Of a DNA stretch of 64,000 nt, positions 27,601-37,059 are shown piece after piece. This stretch comes from a virus (lineage: Duplodnaviria; Caudoviricetes). The DNA is taken from the IMG/VR virus record IMGVR_UViG_3300003320_000620, positions 1 to 64,000 of that record. One strand, given 5' to 3'. A model generated the notes under the pieces. The model did no database searches. It saw only the letters and a program-made list of their open reading frames with translations, and was not told the DNA's origin. How positions within the stretch are numbered: the first letter of the stretch is position 1; the number at the start of each line of letters is the position of its first letter. A program made the translations under genes and the position numbers.

Positions 27601-27909
27601 CTATTTCAGCGTTACCTCACGCCCATTCAGGTGTTTGCTCAGGTGCTTTTCGTAACGCTTTTGCTCTAGCTCCATTTGATCTGCCATTGCTTCAGTATAT
27701 TCTGCTTCTGTTATGAGTCCTTTCTTAATCAAGAGGGCCGCTAACCCGGCAGTATCGGACATGGCTGAGTTGACCCCTACCCTTAGATGCTTTGGCTCTG
27801 TGGCGCTGGGGCAGTAGTTCATGTCCATTGTTACGCCTGATTGCATGGCGTGAGCGGCCCGGTGATAGCGTTCTACTGCTTCTGCTATTCTTTTTTCATC
27901 GTCTGTCAT
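27601..27909 (-). CDS. Hypothetical phage protein
   Basis: HAMQSGV...TEPKHLRVGVNSAM..ALAALLIKKGLITEAEY pattern. Confidence 0.7.
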   Translation of the reverse strand: MTDDEKRIAEAVERYHRAAHAMQSGVTMDMNYCPSATEPKHLRVGVNSAMSDTAGLAALLIKKGLITEAEYTEAMADQMELEQKRYEKHLSKHLNGREVTLK

Positions 27910-27926
27910 TAGCCTTTTCTCCCAAT

Positions 27927-27956
27927 AAAAAAGGTGGGCTATGATAGCCCACCTTT
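27927..27956. terminator. Rho-independent terminator (U-tract on the minus strand)
   Basis: AAAGGTGGGCTA-TGA-TAGCCCACCTTT with an A-run on the left. Confidence 0.75.
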
Positions 27957-27981
27957 AACAAGTTCGTTGCTAATCTTGCGA

Positions 27982-28338
27982 TTAGGCAGCTGGCGCCGGG
28001 GGCGGCGTCATCGCATCAAGTGCGTCGAGCTTATCAGCGATTACACCCGCATGGTTCTGGATATCATCTAGAAGTGCCTGGTCTTCCGGTGTGATGGCAC
28101 CGTTGCTGTTCTGTAGTGCGATGATCTTGTCGTTCAGGGTCTGAACGTCCTGCTGCAGGCCAGCCACAGCAGCGTCCTGACGATCAGTGAACGCTTTCAT
28201 TTTGGCAGCAAAGTCAGAAATGGCAGACATCATCTTCTCCAGTTGGCGTTCTATTGCAGCGAATTGTCGCTTTGCGAAAACTTCAAATTCGCTGGGTCCG
28301 AAAAGCGACATGAGGGGGTCCTCCAGTACCGCCCTCAT
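27982..28338 (-). CDS. Coiled-coil hypothetical phage protein
   Basis: SAISDFAAKM..FTDRQDAAVAGLQQDVQTLNDKI..LQNSNGAITPEDQALLD pattern. Confidence 0.65.
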   Translation of the reverse strand: MRAVLEDPLMSLFGPSEFEVFAKRQFAAIERQLEKMMSAISDFAAKMKAFTDRQDAAVAGLQQDVQTLNDKIIALQNSNGAITPEDQALLDDIQNHAGVIADKLDALDAMTPPPAPAA

Positions 28339-28374
28339 ATAGCAACGAACTATGACTATTTGAAGAGGCGTGGC

Positions 28375-28855
28375 CTAAGCCTGCCCAGCTAACTGTTGCG
28401 CCAGCTGCTTGCATTCCTCCTTTACATACTCAAAGGTCCTGTATTTGGCATCTGCAAAGGCGTATGAGCGTATGCCCTCAAACCTAAAGAGTTTTGGGGC
28501 AACGTCGTCGCAGTGAGCGCAGTCAAACCCTAACCACCACACTTTGTCTGGTTCACCCTCTTCTACCACATGACAAAATACCGTGCTCTTTAGCAGGGGG
28601 GTGTATCTGACAAGGCCCAGCGAACGTAAGGCCGCCATGGCATTCTACGTCAACAGTGTCATACTCTTTACCGTGACATGGGCGGCCCTCCGGTACCCCC
28701 ACATAGCCACAGAGCGCCCCAACAGGGTTGCGCACTATCAGGCAAGGCAAACCAGTATCTTCATCTTGCCATTGCACCTTGTCTGGCTCATGGTCCCACA
28801 CACCGCGTGGCCACTCAGATTTGTCAACGACATTTTCATAGACAATTGTCTTCAT
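28375..28855 (-). pseudogene. Conserved phage protein (CGYVGVP..HGGLTF / WWLGFDCAH) split by a 1-nt frameshift
   Basis: N-half in ORF 28553..28969 and C-half in ORF 28375..28638. Removing one base of the A4 run at 28575-28578 joins them as EHG-ICHVVEEGEPDKVWWLGFDCAH. Confidence 0.75.
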
Positions 28856-29166
28856 TTTTTCCTCACTCAACGCAGGTATATGCTCAAAGCCAGGGCGAGA
28901 TAGGCAACCAGCAATCCAGAGTAGTGCCCTGTTGCCCACAGCCAAGCAGGTTGGCCTGTATCCTTCCATTTAAGGTAGGTGTAGGCTGTACAGGCAATCA
29001 GTAGTCCGCTCCCTATCAGAAAGTAGGGCATTCCCATGTCTTTGCCTCCTGTTATGTTTTCGCTTTATTGCTTTACGAACGCCAGCACGCCATCTGCGCC
29101 AGCGCTTTGCCTTCCTACACAAAGCATCAAATTCACTTCCGCTTATTAAGCGGGTTCTATGGCCCA

Positions 29167-29655
29167 TCATTGTAACCTCGTTACTAAACCACGCTCCCTG
29201 TATTCAGTCAGCATGTGATCTGCTAAGTTGTTGGTCCAGTGGTTTTCAGTGCTGGCATGACCTTCTTTGCCCACAACCATTGCTGCGCAGATGGGGCATA
29301 TTGGTTTATGCTCTACGTGTGCGTACATCCTCAACAGGTCCTCCGGGCCAACCATTTCCATCAGCGCAACAGTCATTTTGGTGAAGGATTCCATAAGCGG
29401 ATCAGTAAACGCTTCAGGCCCTTCATCTTGAATTTTTTTGGCCATGGCCTCGGCTTCGGCAGGCCCCTTACTGATTAAGTGGCCCATTCCTCTGTCTGAG
29501 ATGGCAGCGTGCATCATTTCCCAGTGTTTGCTGCAGCAGGCAAAAGCAACCTGATCGCCGTTCTCAACGTCAACGCCATTGAATGTAGAATGATAGTTAA
29601 TCATAAACCCCTCCTGTTGTGGCGTGGCTTCTGATTTTTGAGTATACGGGTGCAC
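29167..29655 (-). CDS. Hypothetical protein
   Basis: 162 aa with CC..HW and CPIC. Confidence 0.6.
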   Translation of the reverse strand: MHPYTQKSEATPQQEGFMINYHSTFNGVDVENGDQVAFACCSKHWEMMHAAISDRGMGHLISKGPAEAEAMAKKIQDEGPEAFTDPLMESFTKMTVALMEMVGPEDLLRMYAHVEHKPICPICAAMVVGKEGHASTENHWTNNLADHMLTEYRERGLVTRLQ

Positions 29656-29708
29656 GCCGCTTTAACCAGTATACCCAACCCCTGCTTTCTTGAAGCAGCA
29701 ACGGGGAT

Positions 29709-29738
29709 TTGACAAAAAACTATAAGATGTTGTATCTA
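29709..29738 (+). promoter_or_regulatory. Putative sigma70 promoter of the rightward operon
   Basis: TTGACA at 29709 then 17-18 nt then (G)TATCTA, 30 nt upstream of the RfaH-like gene. Confidence 0.45.
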
Positions 29739-29769
29739 CAGCAAGTTCCTTGCTGAACCAAGTGCCCCA

Positions 29770-30252
29770 ATGCCCTGGATCGTAGCCTTAACGAAGCCAA
29801 ATCAGGAGCACATAGCCTGCGAAAATCTTTCGCGTCAGGGCTTCCAGTATTATTGGCCTCGTTTCAGTCAAAAAAGACCTAACAAAAAGGATGTTGTTTG
29901 CAGTCTGTTTCCTCGCTATCTTTTTGTTCTTATTTCACAAATTTGGTATCCATTAACAGGGACAAGGGGTATTTCAAAAGTGCTATTAGGAAATGATGGA
30001 CCCCTAATTCTACCGGGGTCAGAACTAGACAATTTGAGAAAGCGTGAAGGGGTGAATGGCCTCATTCAGCTTTCGCCACTCCCTCCTAAATTCCAGAACG
30101 GCGACAAGGTCAAGGCAACAGAAGGTGCTTTGGCTGGCCACCTGTTGATCTATGAGGGGATGACTGCTAAGGACCGTTGTCGTGTCCTAGCCCAGCTGCT
30201 GGGTGGGCACGTTCGCGTAGAACTGGACGAAAAGCTGCTGGTGGCAGCTTAA
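29770..30252 (+). CDS. RfaH/NusG-paralog transcription antiterminator
   Basis: NGN domain (WIVALTKPNQEHIACENLSRQGFQYYWP...LFPRYLFV) plus KOW domain (FQNGDKVKATEGALAG). Confidence 0.9.
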   Translation: MPWIVALTKPNQEHIACENLSRQGFQYYWPRFSQKRPNKKDVVCSLFPRYLFVLISQIWYPLTGTRGISKVLLGNDGPLILPGSELDNLRKREGVNGLIQLSPLPPKFQNGDKVKATEGALAGHLLIYEGMTAKDRCRVLAQLLGGHVRVELDEKLLVAA

Positions 30253-30300
30253 TGGGTTTGTGATCCACAACAGTAGGCAGTCTAGGTAAATCCCTGGACT

Positions 30301-30311
30301 GCGGTAGCTTG
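30301..30311 (+). promoter_or_regulatory. ops-like element
   Basis: TGCGGTAGCTTG versus the ops consensus GGCGGTAGnnTG (only the first base differs). It sits in the gap between the RfaH-like gene and csp, on the non-template strand. Confidence 0.65.
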
Positions 30312-30322
30312 AGGGCTTTATT

Positions 30323-30550
30323 GTGAGTGAAGATGTTTTAGTACAGGGGGTTGTTAAGTGGTTCAACAAAGAAAAAGGCTATGGCTTTGTTACGCCTAAT
30401 GGCAATGGATTTGACATCTTCATTCACGCTAAGCAACTCAGGCTGTCCGGGATAGACAGCCCTCTGGAAGAGGGGAATAAAGTCAGCTTTGTAACCAGTA
30501 AAGGCCCAAAAGGGCCTTTTGCTACGAAAATCACAATCCTGAAAGGTTGA
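30323..30550 (+). CDS. Cold-shock domain protein (CspA family)
   Basis: GVVKWFNKEKGYGFV (RNP1) and DIFIH (RNP2). Confidence 0.95.
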   Translation: MSEDVLVQGVVKWFNKEKGYGFVTPNGNGFDIFIHAKQLRLSGIDSPLEEGNKVSFVTSKGPKGPFATKITILKG

Positions 30551-30554
30551 TCTA

Positions 30555-30725
30555 ATGGCTAAGAAGAGCTACTCGGCTAAGGCGGCTGCTGCAGGCAAAG
30601 ACATTGGAAAGCCTGGGAAGAACTTTTCGAAAATTGCTGAAAGCGCTGGCAAGAAGTATGGCTCAGCCGAAGCTGGTAAGCGCGTAGCTGGTGCTGTGCT
30701 GGCCAAGCTCCGTAAGAAGGGCTAA
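30555..30725 (+). CDS. Small basic protein (56 aa)
   Basis: MAKKSYSAKAAAAGKDIGKPGKNFSKIA...VAGAVLAKLRKKG; below the ORF-track size cut-off. Confidence 0.7.
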   Translation: MAKKSYSAKAAAAGKDIGKPGKNFSKIAESAGKKYGSAEAGKRVAGAVLAKLRKKG

Positions 30726-30728
30726 TTC

Positions 30729-31034
30729 ATGGCAACTTTGTACGTCACTGAGTTTTCTGCTGTCCTTAATATCCATGCTGTCGGTGGCGCTGCAGCTTTT
30801 CAGCCGCCAGTAGCCGAACAGACAGTTTCTATTGGCGGCGCTTCTACGGCTTCTTCTGCATTCAATAATGGCACACGCCTTGTTCGCCTGCACACCGATG
30901 CAATCTGTTCTATTGAGTTTGGTACCAGCCCAACAGCAGATGCTACAAAAGCTCGAATGGCAGCAGGGCAGACAGAATACTTTGCAGTACCTGAGGGTAA
31001 GAGCTATAAAGTAGCTGTCATTACGAATACCTAA
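30729..31034 (+). CDS. Hypothetical virion-associated protein
   Basis: 101 aa, beta-rich, in the late operon. Confidence 0.7.
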   Translation: MATLYVTEFSAVLNIHAVGGAAAFQPPVAEQTVSIGGASTASSAFNNGTRLVRLHTDAICSIEFGTSPTADATKARMAAGQTEYFAVPEGKSYKVAVITNT

Positions 31035-31042
31035 GAGGCAAA

Positions 31043-31654
31043 TTGGCCATGATGCTAACATCTACTACAGCTGCAGACGCAAGTGGTGCTTTTGCTATCC
31101 TTAAGATGCTTGGTGATGACAACGAATATAAAAAGAGATTCGATGAAATCACTGAGGCACTCAATCAGGCAAACAAAGCACAGGAAGATGCCAAAGCAGC
31201 GGCCGATGCGGCTCAACGTAAAATTGATCTAGCTGAGAAAGTAGCAATTGAGGCTCAGGCTAGGGCTGCAGAACTAGAAGTAAGGAAAACCAATCTCGAT
31301 GCAAAAGAAGCTTATCTGCTCTCCTATCTTGAGAGCTTAAAGCAAAAAGAATCTCAGATTAAGGCTGAGGCTGAAAAAGCATCAGCCGATGTAAAGAAAG
31401 CACTTCAGCAAGAAGCTGCAAAGATTTCAGACAAAGAAAAAGAGATACAGGCTAAGATTGCTGACTTTGAAAAGTACAAAGCTAATGAAACAAAACGAAT
31501 TGATTCTATCAACAACGATCTTCAGTCAAAGGTTCAAGCTTTGAATTTACAGGATGTTAATCAAAAAAAGCTATTAGCAGAAGCTATGGCGTTAAAGGCT
31601 GATTATGAAAAGAGGATTGCAGCTGTGCTGGCTGCTATCAATAAAGATAAATGA
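31043..31654 (+). CDS. Coiled-coil protein
   Basis: Heptad-rich A/K/E composition. Confidence 0.7.
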   Translation: MAMMLTSTTAADASGAFAILKMLGDDNEYKKRFDEITEALNQANKAQEDAKAAADAAQRKIDLAEKVAIEAQARAAELEVRKTNLDAKEAYLLSYLESLKQKESQIKAEAEKASADVKKALQQEAAKISDKEKEIQAKIADFEKYKANETKRIDSINNDLQSKVQALNLQDVNQKKLLAEAMALKADYEKRIAAVLAAINKDK

Positions 31655-31923
31655 GCATTGTAGCCTCCATCATACTCTCAACTTACGTCCAAGCCGACGG
31701 CCGCCACTGGGTGCGTGAGCAGCATACCGACCAGATCGGGGTCAAATGGTTGCGGACCTATCTGGTGGGCGCGGCGGACGACCTTAATGCGGCACTCGCA
31801 GCCTATGCCGTGCAGCTCGCGGCGGACATTACGGCGCAGGAGATTGCGACCAACATCGCGGCAGTGATGGCAACCGGATCACAGGCGACGATCAGTCTCG
31901 TCTACTCAACGGCAGGGCAATAG
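31651..31923 (+). CDS. Hypothetical protein
   Basis: 90 aa; ATGA overlap with the upstream gene. Confidence 0.6.
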   Translation: MSIVASIILSTYVQADGRHWVREQHTDQIGVKWLRTYLVGAADDLNAALAAYAVQLAADITAQEIATNIAAVMATGSQATISLVYSTAGQ

Positions 31924-33342
31924 ATGGCTAGCTATTACGTCCGATCAGGTGCTGCCGGTGCTGGCACGGGGGCTGATTGGGCCAATGCCTATACGACGCT
32001 GACGGCGGCCGTATCGGGCAAGGCGGCTGGCGATATTTTCTACGTGTCGGAGGATCACAATGAATCGACTGCTGGTGTGGTGACAATTACGTCGCCGGGG
32101 TCACTTACTAGTTTCTGCTTTTTCTATTGTGTCGATCATAACGGAACTGTCCCGCCAGTATCTGCAGATTTAAGAACAACTGCTCAAGTATCAACAACGG
32201 GCAACAACATCCTTTCGGTTAACGGAATCGGGTATTTTTACGGGATAATCTTTTCGTCCGGTAGCGGGGCTAACTCAGTAAATTTCGTAGTCAACAATAC
32301 GAATACATCTCAACAAATATATGATTCTTGCGCTTTGCGTCTTGGTGGAACTTCTGGCGGCCAATTGCAGTTGGGGCGAACCAATGCTCAGGTTACATTG
32401 AATAATACAACGTATCAGGTATCTGCATCAGGGTCTACGATAGCAGTCGCTGGACCAACCGTATGGAGAAATACACCGTCTGCCATTACCGGAGCGACGT
32501 TACCAACGAATCTAATTTCAGGCGGGAATACGGACCTGAACCTCATTATGATTGGTGTTGATTTGAGCGCTTTGGGTTCCGGCAAAACGATCTACGGTGC
32601 TGGATCAGTTAGCGGGTTCGCTAGACTTATCGATTGCAAATTAGGTGCCTCCGTGACAGTGGCGGGCACAATCTCAGGTCCTGGGCGATATGCAGATCTC
32701 GTAAGGTGTGACAGCGGGGCAACGAATTACCGAGATGAGAGGTATTGGCTCCAAGCAATTCAGACAGTTGAGACAACGATTGTTAGAACTGGCGGGGCCA
32801 CTGACGGAACAACACCAATTAGCTGGAAAATCGTAACAACTACCAGTGCTAAATGGGTTGGTCCATTCGAATCCCAGCCCATCACCATCTGGAACGACTC
32901 CACATCAGCCATCACCACGCTGACGTTCTACGGCACCACGACAGGCGGAGGTGTGCCGAACAACGATGACATCTGGGTAGAGGTGGAATACCTCGGATCG
33001 GCGTCAACGCCGCTGGGCTCATTTGTAACTACGACCAAGAGCAATAACCTAGCTCCATCTACTACGACAAATAATTCCTCTGACGGCTCTACGTGGGGTG
33101 GCGGCGGTGCTGGGAATGGGTTCAAGATTGTGGTGCCTTCGTTCACACCTAGAATGAAAGGGCCGCTCAACATTACAATCAAAGTAGCGAAGGTGAGCAG
33201 CACTTATTACATTGATCCGCGCCCTGCAATAAACGGCGTTACAGTTTCAAAGTCTGAAATTCTGGCCCCTGGTGTCTATGCCAACGAACTAAGCAGTGGC
33301 GGTCTTGTTCGTAACCCTAGTCTTGCTGGGGCTGCGCAATGA
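31924..33342 (+). CDS. Putative virion fibre or spike protein (beta-helix-like)
   Basis: N-terminus YYVRSGAAGAGTGADWANAYTTL..A...GD is typical of beta-helix proteins; T/S/G-rich. Confidence 0.65.
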   Translation: MASYYVRSGAAGAGTGADWANAYTTLTAAVSGKAAGDIFYVSEDHNESTAGVVTITSPGSLTSFCFFYCVDHNGTVPPVSADLRTTAQVSTTGNNILSVNGIGYFYGIIFSSGSGANSVNFVVNNTNTSQQIYDSCALRLGGTSGGQLQLGRTNAQVTLNNTTYQVSASGSTIAVAGPTVWRNTPSAITGATLPTNLISGGNTDLNLIMIGVDLSALGSGKTIYGAGSVSGFARLIDCKLGASVTVAGTISGPGRYADLVRCDSGATNYRDERYWLQAIQTVETTIVRTGGATDGTTPISWKIVTTTSAKWVGPFESQPITIWNDSTSAITTLTFYGTTTGGGVPNNDDIWVEVEYLGSASTPLGSFVTTTKSNNLAPSTTTNNSSDGSTWGGGGAGNGFKIVVPSFTPRMKGPLNITIKVAKVSSTYYIDPRPAINGVTVSKSEILAPGVYANELSSGGLVRNPSLAGAAQ

Positions 33343-34031
33343 AACTTAATGTTCCTCTTGGGGCTACATCTTATATAACTCAAATTTTTATTCAGGATTC
33401 TTCAAGCACGACTGGGGCTGGCCTAACTGGACTTGTGTTTAATTCTTCAGGTTTGACTGCCTATTATCACCGAGATACCGATACAACAGCTACTGCGATT
33501 ACTCTTGTCACAATGACAGTTGGCACGTTTACGTCATCAGGATTTAAAGAGATCGATTCTACGAATATGCCAGGATGGTATCAATTCTGTCCGCCAAATG
33601 CGGCACTAGCTTCTGGGGCTAAGTCCTGTGCCTTCCATCTAAAAGGCGCAACCAACATGGCGCCATTACCGATTGAGGTGCAATTGGTAGCTTATAACCC
33701 TGACGATGCAACATCCCTTGGTTTATCTCGTCTTGATACTGCTGTTTCTACACGCGCTGCCCCCGGCGATGCAATGGCCTTAACATCTTCTGAAAGGAAT
33801 TCTACTGCAGATGCTTTTCTAAATCGAGATATGTCAGTAGGGGCCGATTCTGGTTCTTCAACCGTTCGAACGGTACGACAAGCTCTTCGTTTCCTTCGAA
33901 ATAAGTGGACTATTGTTACATCTACATTAACTGTTTACAAAGAGGACGATAGCACAACGTCTTGGACTGCAACTGTTGGCACTGATCCATCTGCTGTACC
34001 AATAATCTCTAACGATCCAGCAGGTCCTTAA
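33339..34031 (+). CDS. Putative virion structural protein
   Basis: 230 aa, T/S-rich, coupled to the fibre gene. Confidence 0.65.
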   Translation: MKLNVPLGATSYITQIFIQDSSSTTGAGLTGLVFNSSGLTAYYHRDTDTTATAITLVTMTVGTFTSSGFKEIDSTNMPGWYQFCPPNAALASGAKSCAFHLKGATNMAPLPIEVQLVAYNPDDATSLGLSRLDTAVSTRAAPGDAMALTSSERNSTADAFLNRDMSVGADSGSSTVRTVRQALRFLRNKWTIVTSTLTVYKEDDSTTSWTATVGTDPSAVPIISNDPAGP

Positions 34032-34032
34032 A

Positions 34033-35286
34033 ATGTCTTTTATAGATCGCTGCATATTCACTCCGACAGCCGGGGGCCTGGGCGACTTTGTCGTTTCAGC
34101 TGCCGTGCAGGGCTATATGACGCCAGCACAGGCGAGTGCGGTGGATGGAAAGACCTATGGTTATGCCGCGCAATCGAGCGATCTAAGCCAGTGGGAGGTT
34201 GGCGTTGCTACTTATACCGCGTCCACTACAACGCTTGCACGAACGACCATTCTGTTTTCCAGTGCTGGCGGCGCCAAGGTTGATTTCAGCGCTGCACCAC
34301 AAGTGCTCTTATCGGCGCTTGCTGAGCAGCTCATTCCCGCTGATATTTCATCTCCGAGCGACGGCCAAGTCCTGTGCTTTCGAGGCGCGGATTCTACTTG
34401 GACTAACGACGCCCGTATGATCGGCAAGAATGCTGCTGGAGGCTCCGGCAATCCAGGGCAGGACGTGACGGTCAGAAGCGGGAATGGTGATGGGGTCGGA
34501 GCTGGAGGACAAGTATCGCTGATCTCCGGTGATTGTTTCTATTCGGGCTACTATGGGGGCAAGCTGCTCATCAAAACCGGAGATGGGCATAATGGAGCTT
34601 ATGCGGGCCGCATGTATATTCAAGGCGGTGCGCCTTACGGCTATGTGAACATCCGATCGGGCGACGGCAGCGCGGATTATGAAACCGCTGCGGATTTGCG
34701 AATTTACTCCGGCAATGGTTACGGTGCCGAGGGTGCTGGCGGCTATGTGGTTCTTGCTGGCGGATATGGAAAAGGAACCTCCGCAGGAGGAACCGTTCGA
34801 GTTAAAGGCGGCAATGGCTCCTATGGACTTGGATCTTACACACAGATGGGCCCTGGGTTTTATAAAACGGGCGGAAGTTTGACGATGCGTGGTGGGGCGA
34901 GCGGGAATCCGGGCTCTGGTGGATCATTTAATTTATATGGCGGGAATGGTGCTGGTGGAGGGTATTTTGCAGGGGGCTTCGTGTTGAAGGGCGGAAGCGG
35001 CAACAATGGTGCTATTGGGGGCGACGTCTACATAAGGGGCGGAAGTGCCAGTTATGCAAATGGGGGCCACTCTAAACTGTCAACAGGGCCGAGCGCCGGA
35101 TCGGGTCAAGCGGGGCACCTCTATCTTGATGTAGGCTCGGCTACTGGCGGTTCATCGCCCGCGAGCATCTACATCAACAAAGATGGAAATACATCCAACA
35201 TCATCGTTAAGAACCTGCCGATATCAAGCGCCGGACTCCCCTCTAATGCCTTGTGGAACAATTCAGGCGTCATCAATATAACGTGA
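34033..35286 (+). CDS. Gly-rich tail fibre-like protein
   Basis: Repeated GG.v.i.gG.G units after an N-terminal anchor-like domain. Confidence 0.7.
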   Translation: MSFIDRCIFTPTAGGLGDFVVSAAVQGYMTPAQASAVDGKTYGYAAQSSDLSQWEVGVATYTASTTTLARTTILFSSAGGAKVDFSAAPQVLLSALAEQLIPADISSPSDGQVLCFRGADSTWTNDARMIGKNAAGGSGNPGQDVTVRSGNGDGVGAGGQVSLISGDCFYSGYYGGKLLIKTGDGHNGAYAGRMYIQGGAPYGYVNIRSGDGSADYETAADLRIYSGNGYGAEGAGGYVVLAGGYGKGTSAGGTVRVKGGNGSYGLGSYTQMGPGFYKTGGSLTMRGGASGNPGSGGSFNLYGGNGAGGGYFAGGFVLKGGSGNNGAIGGDVYIRGGSASYANGGHSKLSTGPSAGSGQAGHLYLDVGSATGGSSPASIYINKDGNTSNIIVKNLPISSAGLPSNALWNNSGVINIT

Positions 35287-35293
35287 GGATCGC

Positions 35294-35578
35294 ATGCCAA
35301 AGACGGCGACGACGTCGTTTACCGAAATCAAGTTTAGCCGGGAAGAGATTCTGGAATGGATCCAGTCCCACATGTCGATATTGCAACCAACCGATGCGGC
35401 GATTAATCACGGTTCCGGCCCCGGCTCTCCGGCAAAATTCATCGGGCTGACGTTTGGTGCGACCCGCGATCAGGTCGACGAGTATTTGCGCGAGGTCGTC
35501 CAGGGCCTTCCCCCGATTGGGCGTTACCAGTTCCGGCTTACAGAAGACGGCGGCGCCATGGTCAGGTGGCAGAATTGA
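35294..35578 (+). CDS. Hypothetical protein
   Basis: 94 aa, GAGG SD. Confidence 0.55.
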   Translation: MPKTATTSFTEIKFSREEILEWIQSHMSILQPTDAAINHGSGPGSPAKFIGLTFGATRDQVDEYLREVVQGLPPIGRYQFRLTEDGGAMVRWQN

Positions 35579-36402
35579 TGCACTTCATTTCCGGGCTGCC
35601 GCGGTCCGGCTCCACGCTGCTTGCAGCCATTCTGCGGCAGAATCCGCGGTTTCATGCGGGCATGTCATCGCCGCTCTCTGGCGTCGTGATGAAAGTGCAG
35701 CAAGCCCTCTCGCGCGGGAATGAGGGGGCGGAGTTCATCAGTTCCGATCAGAAGCAGCGCATTCTCTCGGGTGTGTTTCGCAATTTCTACGAGGGCTTCA
35801 CTGAGGAAGTCATCTTCGACACCAGCCGCGCATGGTGCTCCAAGCTGCCGTTAATCGCTTCCTTGTTACCGGACGCCAAGGTGATCTGCTGTGTGCGCGA
35901 CGTATCGTGGATCATGGATTCGATCGAGCGGATATTGACCAAGAATCCGCTCGAGCTGTCGGGCATCTTCGGGTTCAATCCGGGGGGCACTGTTTTCTCT
36001 CGGGCTGACGGGCTGGCATCGGCGAACGGCATGGTCGGGTTTGCGCTCAATGCCGTGAAAGAGGCATTCTTCGGAAAACATGCTTCGCGTTTGATGCTCG
36101 TTGAATATGAGGCGCTGGCGCGCGATCCGGCCGCGGTCGTCAGGCACATCTACGAGCATATCGGCGAGCCCGCATTCGACCACGATTTCACGAACGTGAG
36201 CTATGAGGCAGACGACTTTGACGCGCTGCTCGGTACGCCAGGGCTGCACAAGGTCGAAGGGCCGGTTGTGTGGCGTGAGCGAGAGACCATTCTGCCTCCG
36301 GCGTTGTTCAATCGCTTCAGCAATGATGCCTTCTGGCGTGACCAGACGCTGAACGTGCGCAAGGTGCCTGTGGTTATGCACGTTCGGAAGGGCGCGGTTT
36401 AG
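35566..36402 (+). CDS. PAPS-dependent sulfotransferase family protein
   Basis: 5'-PSB loop FISGLPRSGSTLL, 3'-PB CVRDVSWIMDS, then VEYEAL. Confidence 0.85.
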   Translation: MAELMHFISGLPRSGSTLLAAILRQNPRFHAGMSSPLSGVVMKVQQALSRGNEGAEFISSDQKQRILSGVFRNFYEGFTEEVIFDTSRAWCSKLPLIASLLPDAKVICCVRDVSWIMDSIERILTKNPLELSGIFGFNPGGTVFSRADGLASANGMVGFALNAVKEAFFGKHASRLMLVEYEALARDPAAVVRHIYEHIGEPAFDHDFTNVSYEADDFDALLGTPGLHKVEGPVVWRERETILPPALFNRFSNDAFWRDQTLNVRKVPVVMHVRKGAV

Positions 36403-36600
36403 ATGCTTGGAAATTTTGCATTAATGCAAACACCATTGATGGGTTTCTCACCGAGCGGTGTTGTTCAGGGTGATTGCCGATCGATGTTTGCATTCTGGAT
36501 GGGTGGTGCCTGCGCTCAGTCACCTGATGCCCTAAGTCGAATTCATTTTGTTGGATTTCATGGGATGGGTGGTGGTGGGTTAATGCATGGAGCTTAAGAA

Positions 36601-36762
36601 ATGCCATCAAAAAGTGTAAAGCAAGCGAAAACGATGTCTGCTATTGCTCATGGTTGGAAACCTAAGGGCAACGCTGCTGACATTCCAGTCAAAGTGGCTA
36701 AGGAATTTCACAACGCCGACGCAGGCAAGAAATACGGTCATAAAAGAGGAAAGGGTAAGTAA
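36601..36762 (+). CDS. Small basic protein (53 aa)
   Basis: MPSKSVKQAKTMSAIAHGWKP...VAKEFHNAD. Confidence 0.7.
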   Translation: MPSKSVKQAKTMSAIAHGWKPKGNAADIPVKVAKEFHNADAGKKYGHKRGKGK

Positions 36763-37059
36763 ATGGGCTACGGTAAGGAAAGTGTGAAAGCTTACGTTGG
36801 TACCGAAAAGCGTGGCTCATCCCTAATTGGTGAGTGCGGCGAAGGCCACGACAAGCAGCCGCAAGGCCACCCGATTGGCACTGGCCAAAAAGGGCCTAAT
36901 CTTCGTGGTTTGCCCCGCAGTGGTGACAGCCAGATCTTTGGCAAAGTGTCGCTGAAGACCCCCGACATCTTCCGCTCAGCAGGACATCACAAGGATGGTA
37001 AACTGCGCATGTCTGGTCATTCTGGTGCTCACCGGGTTGGCGGTAAGAAGAAGTACTAA
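36763..37059 (+). CDS. Small basic Gly/His/Lys-rich protein
   Basis: C-terminus LRMSGHSGAHRVGGKKKY. Confidence 0.65.
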   Translation: MGYGKESVKAYVGTEKRGSSLIGECGEGHDKQPQGHPIGTGQKGPNLRGLPRSGDSQIFGKVSLKTPDIFRSAGHHKDGKLRMSGHSGAHRVGGKKKY

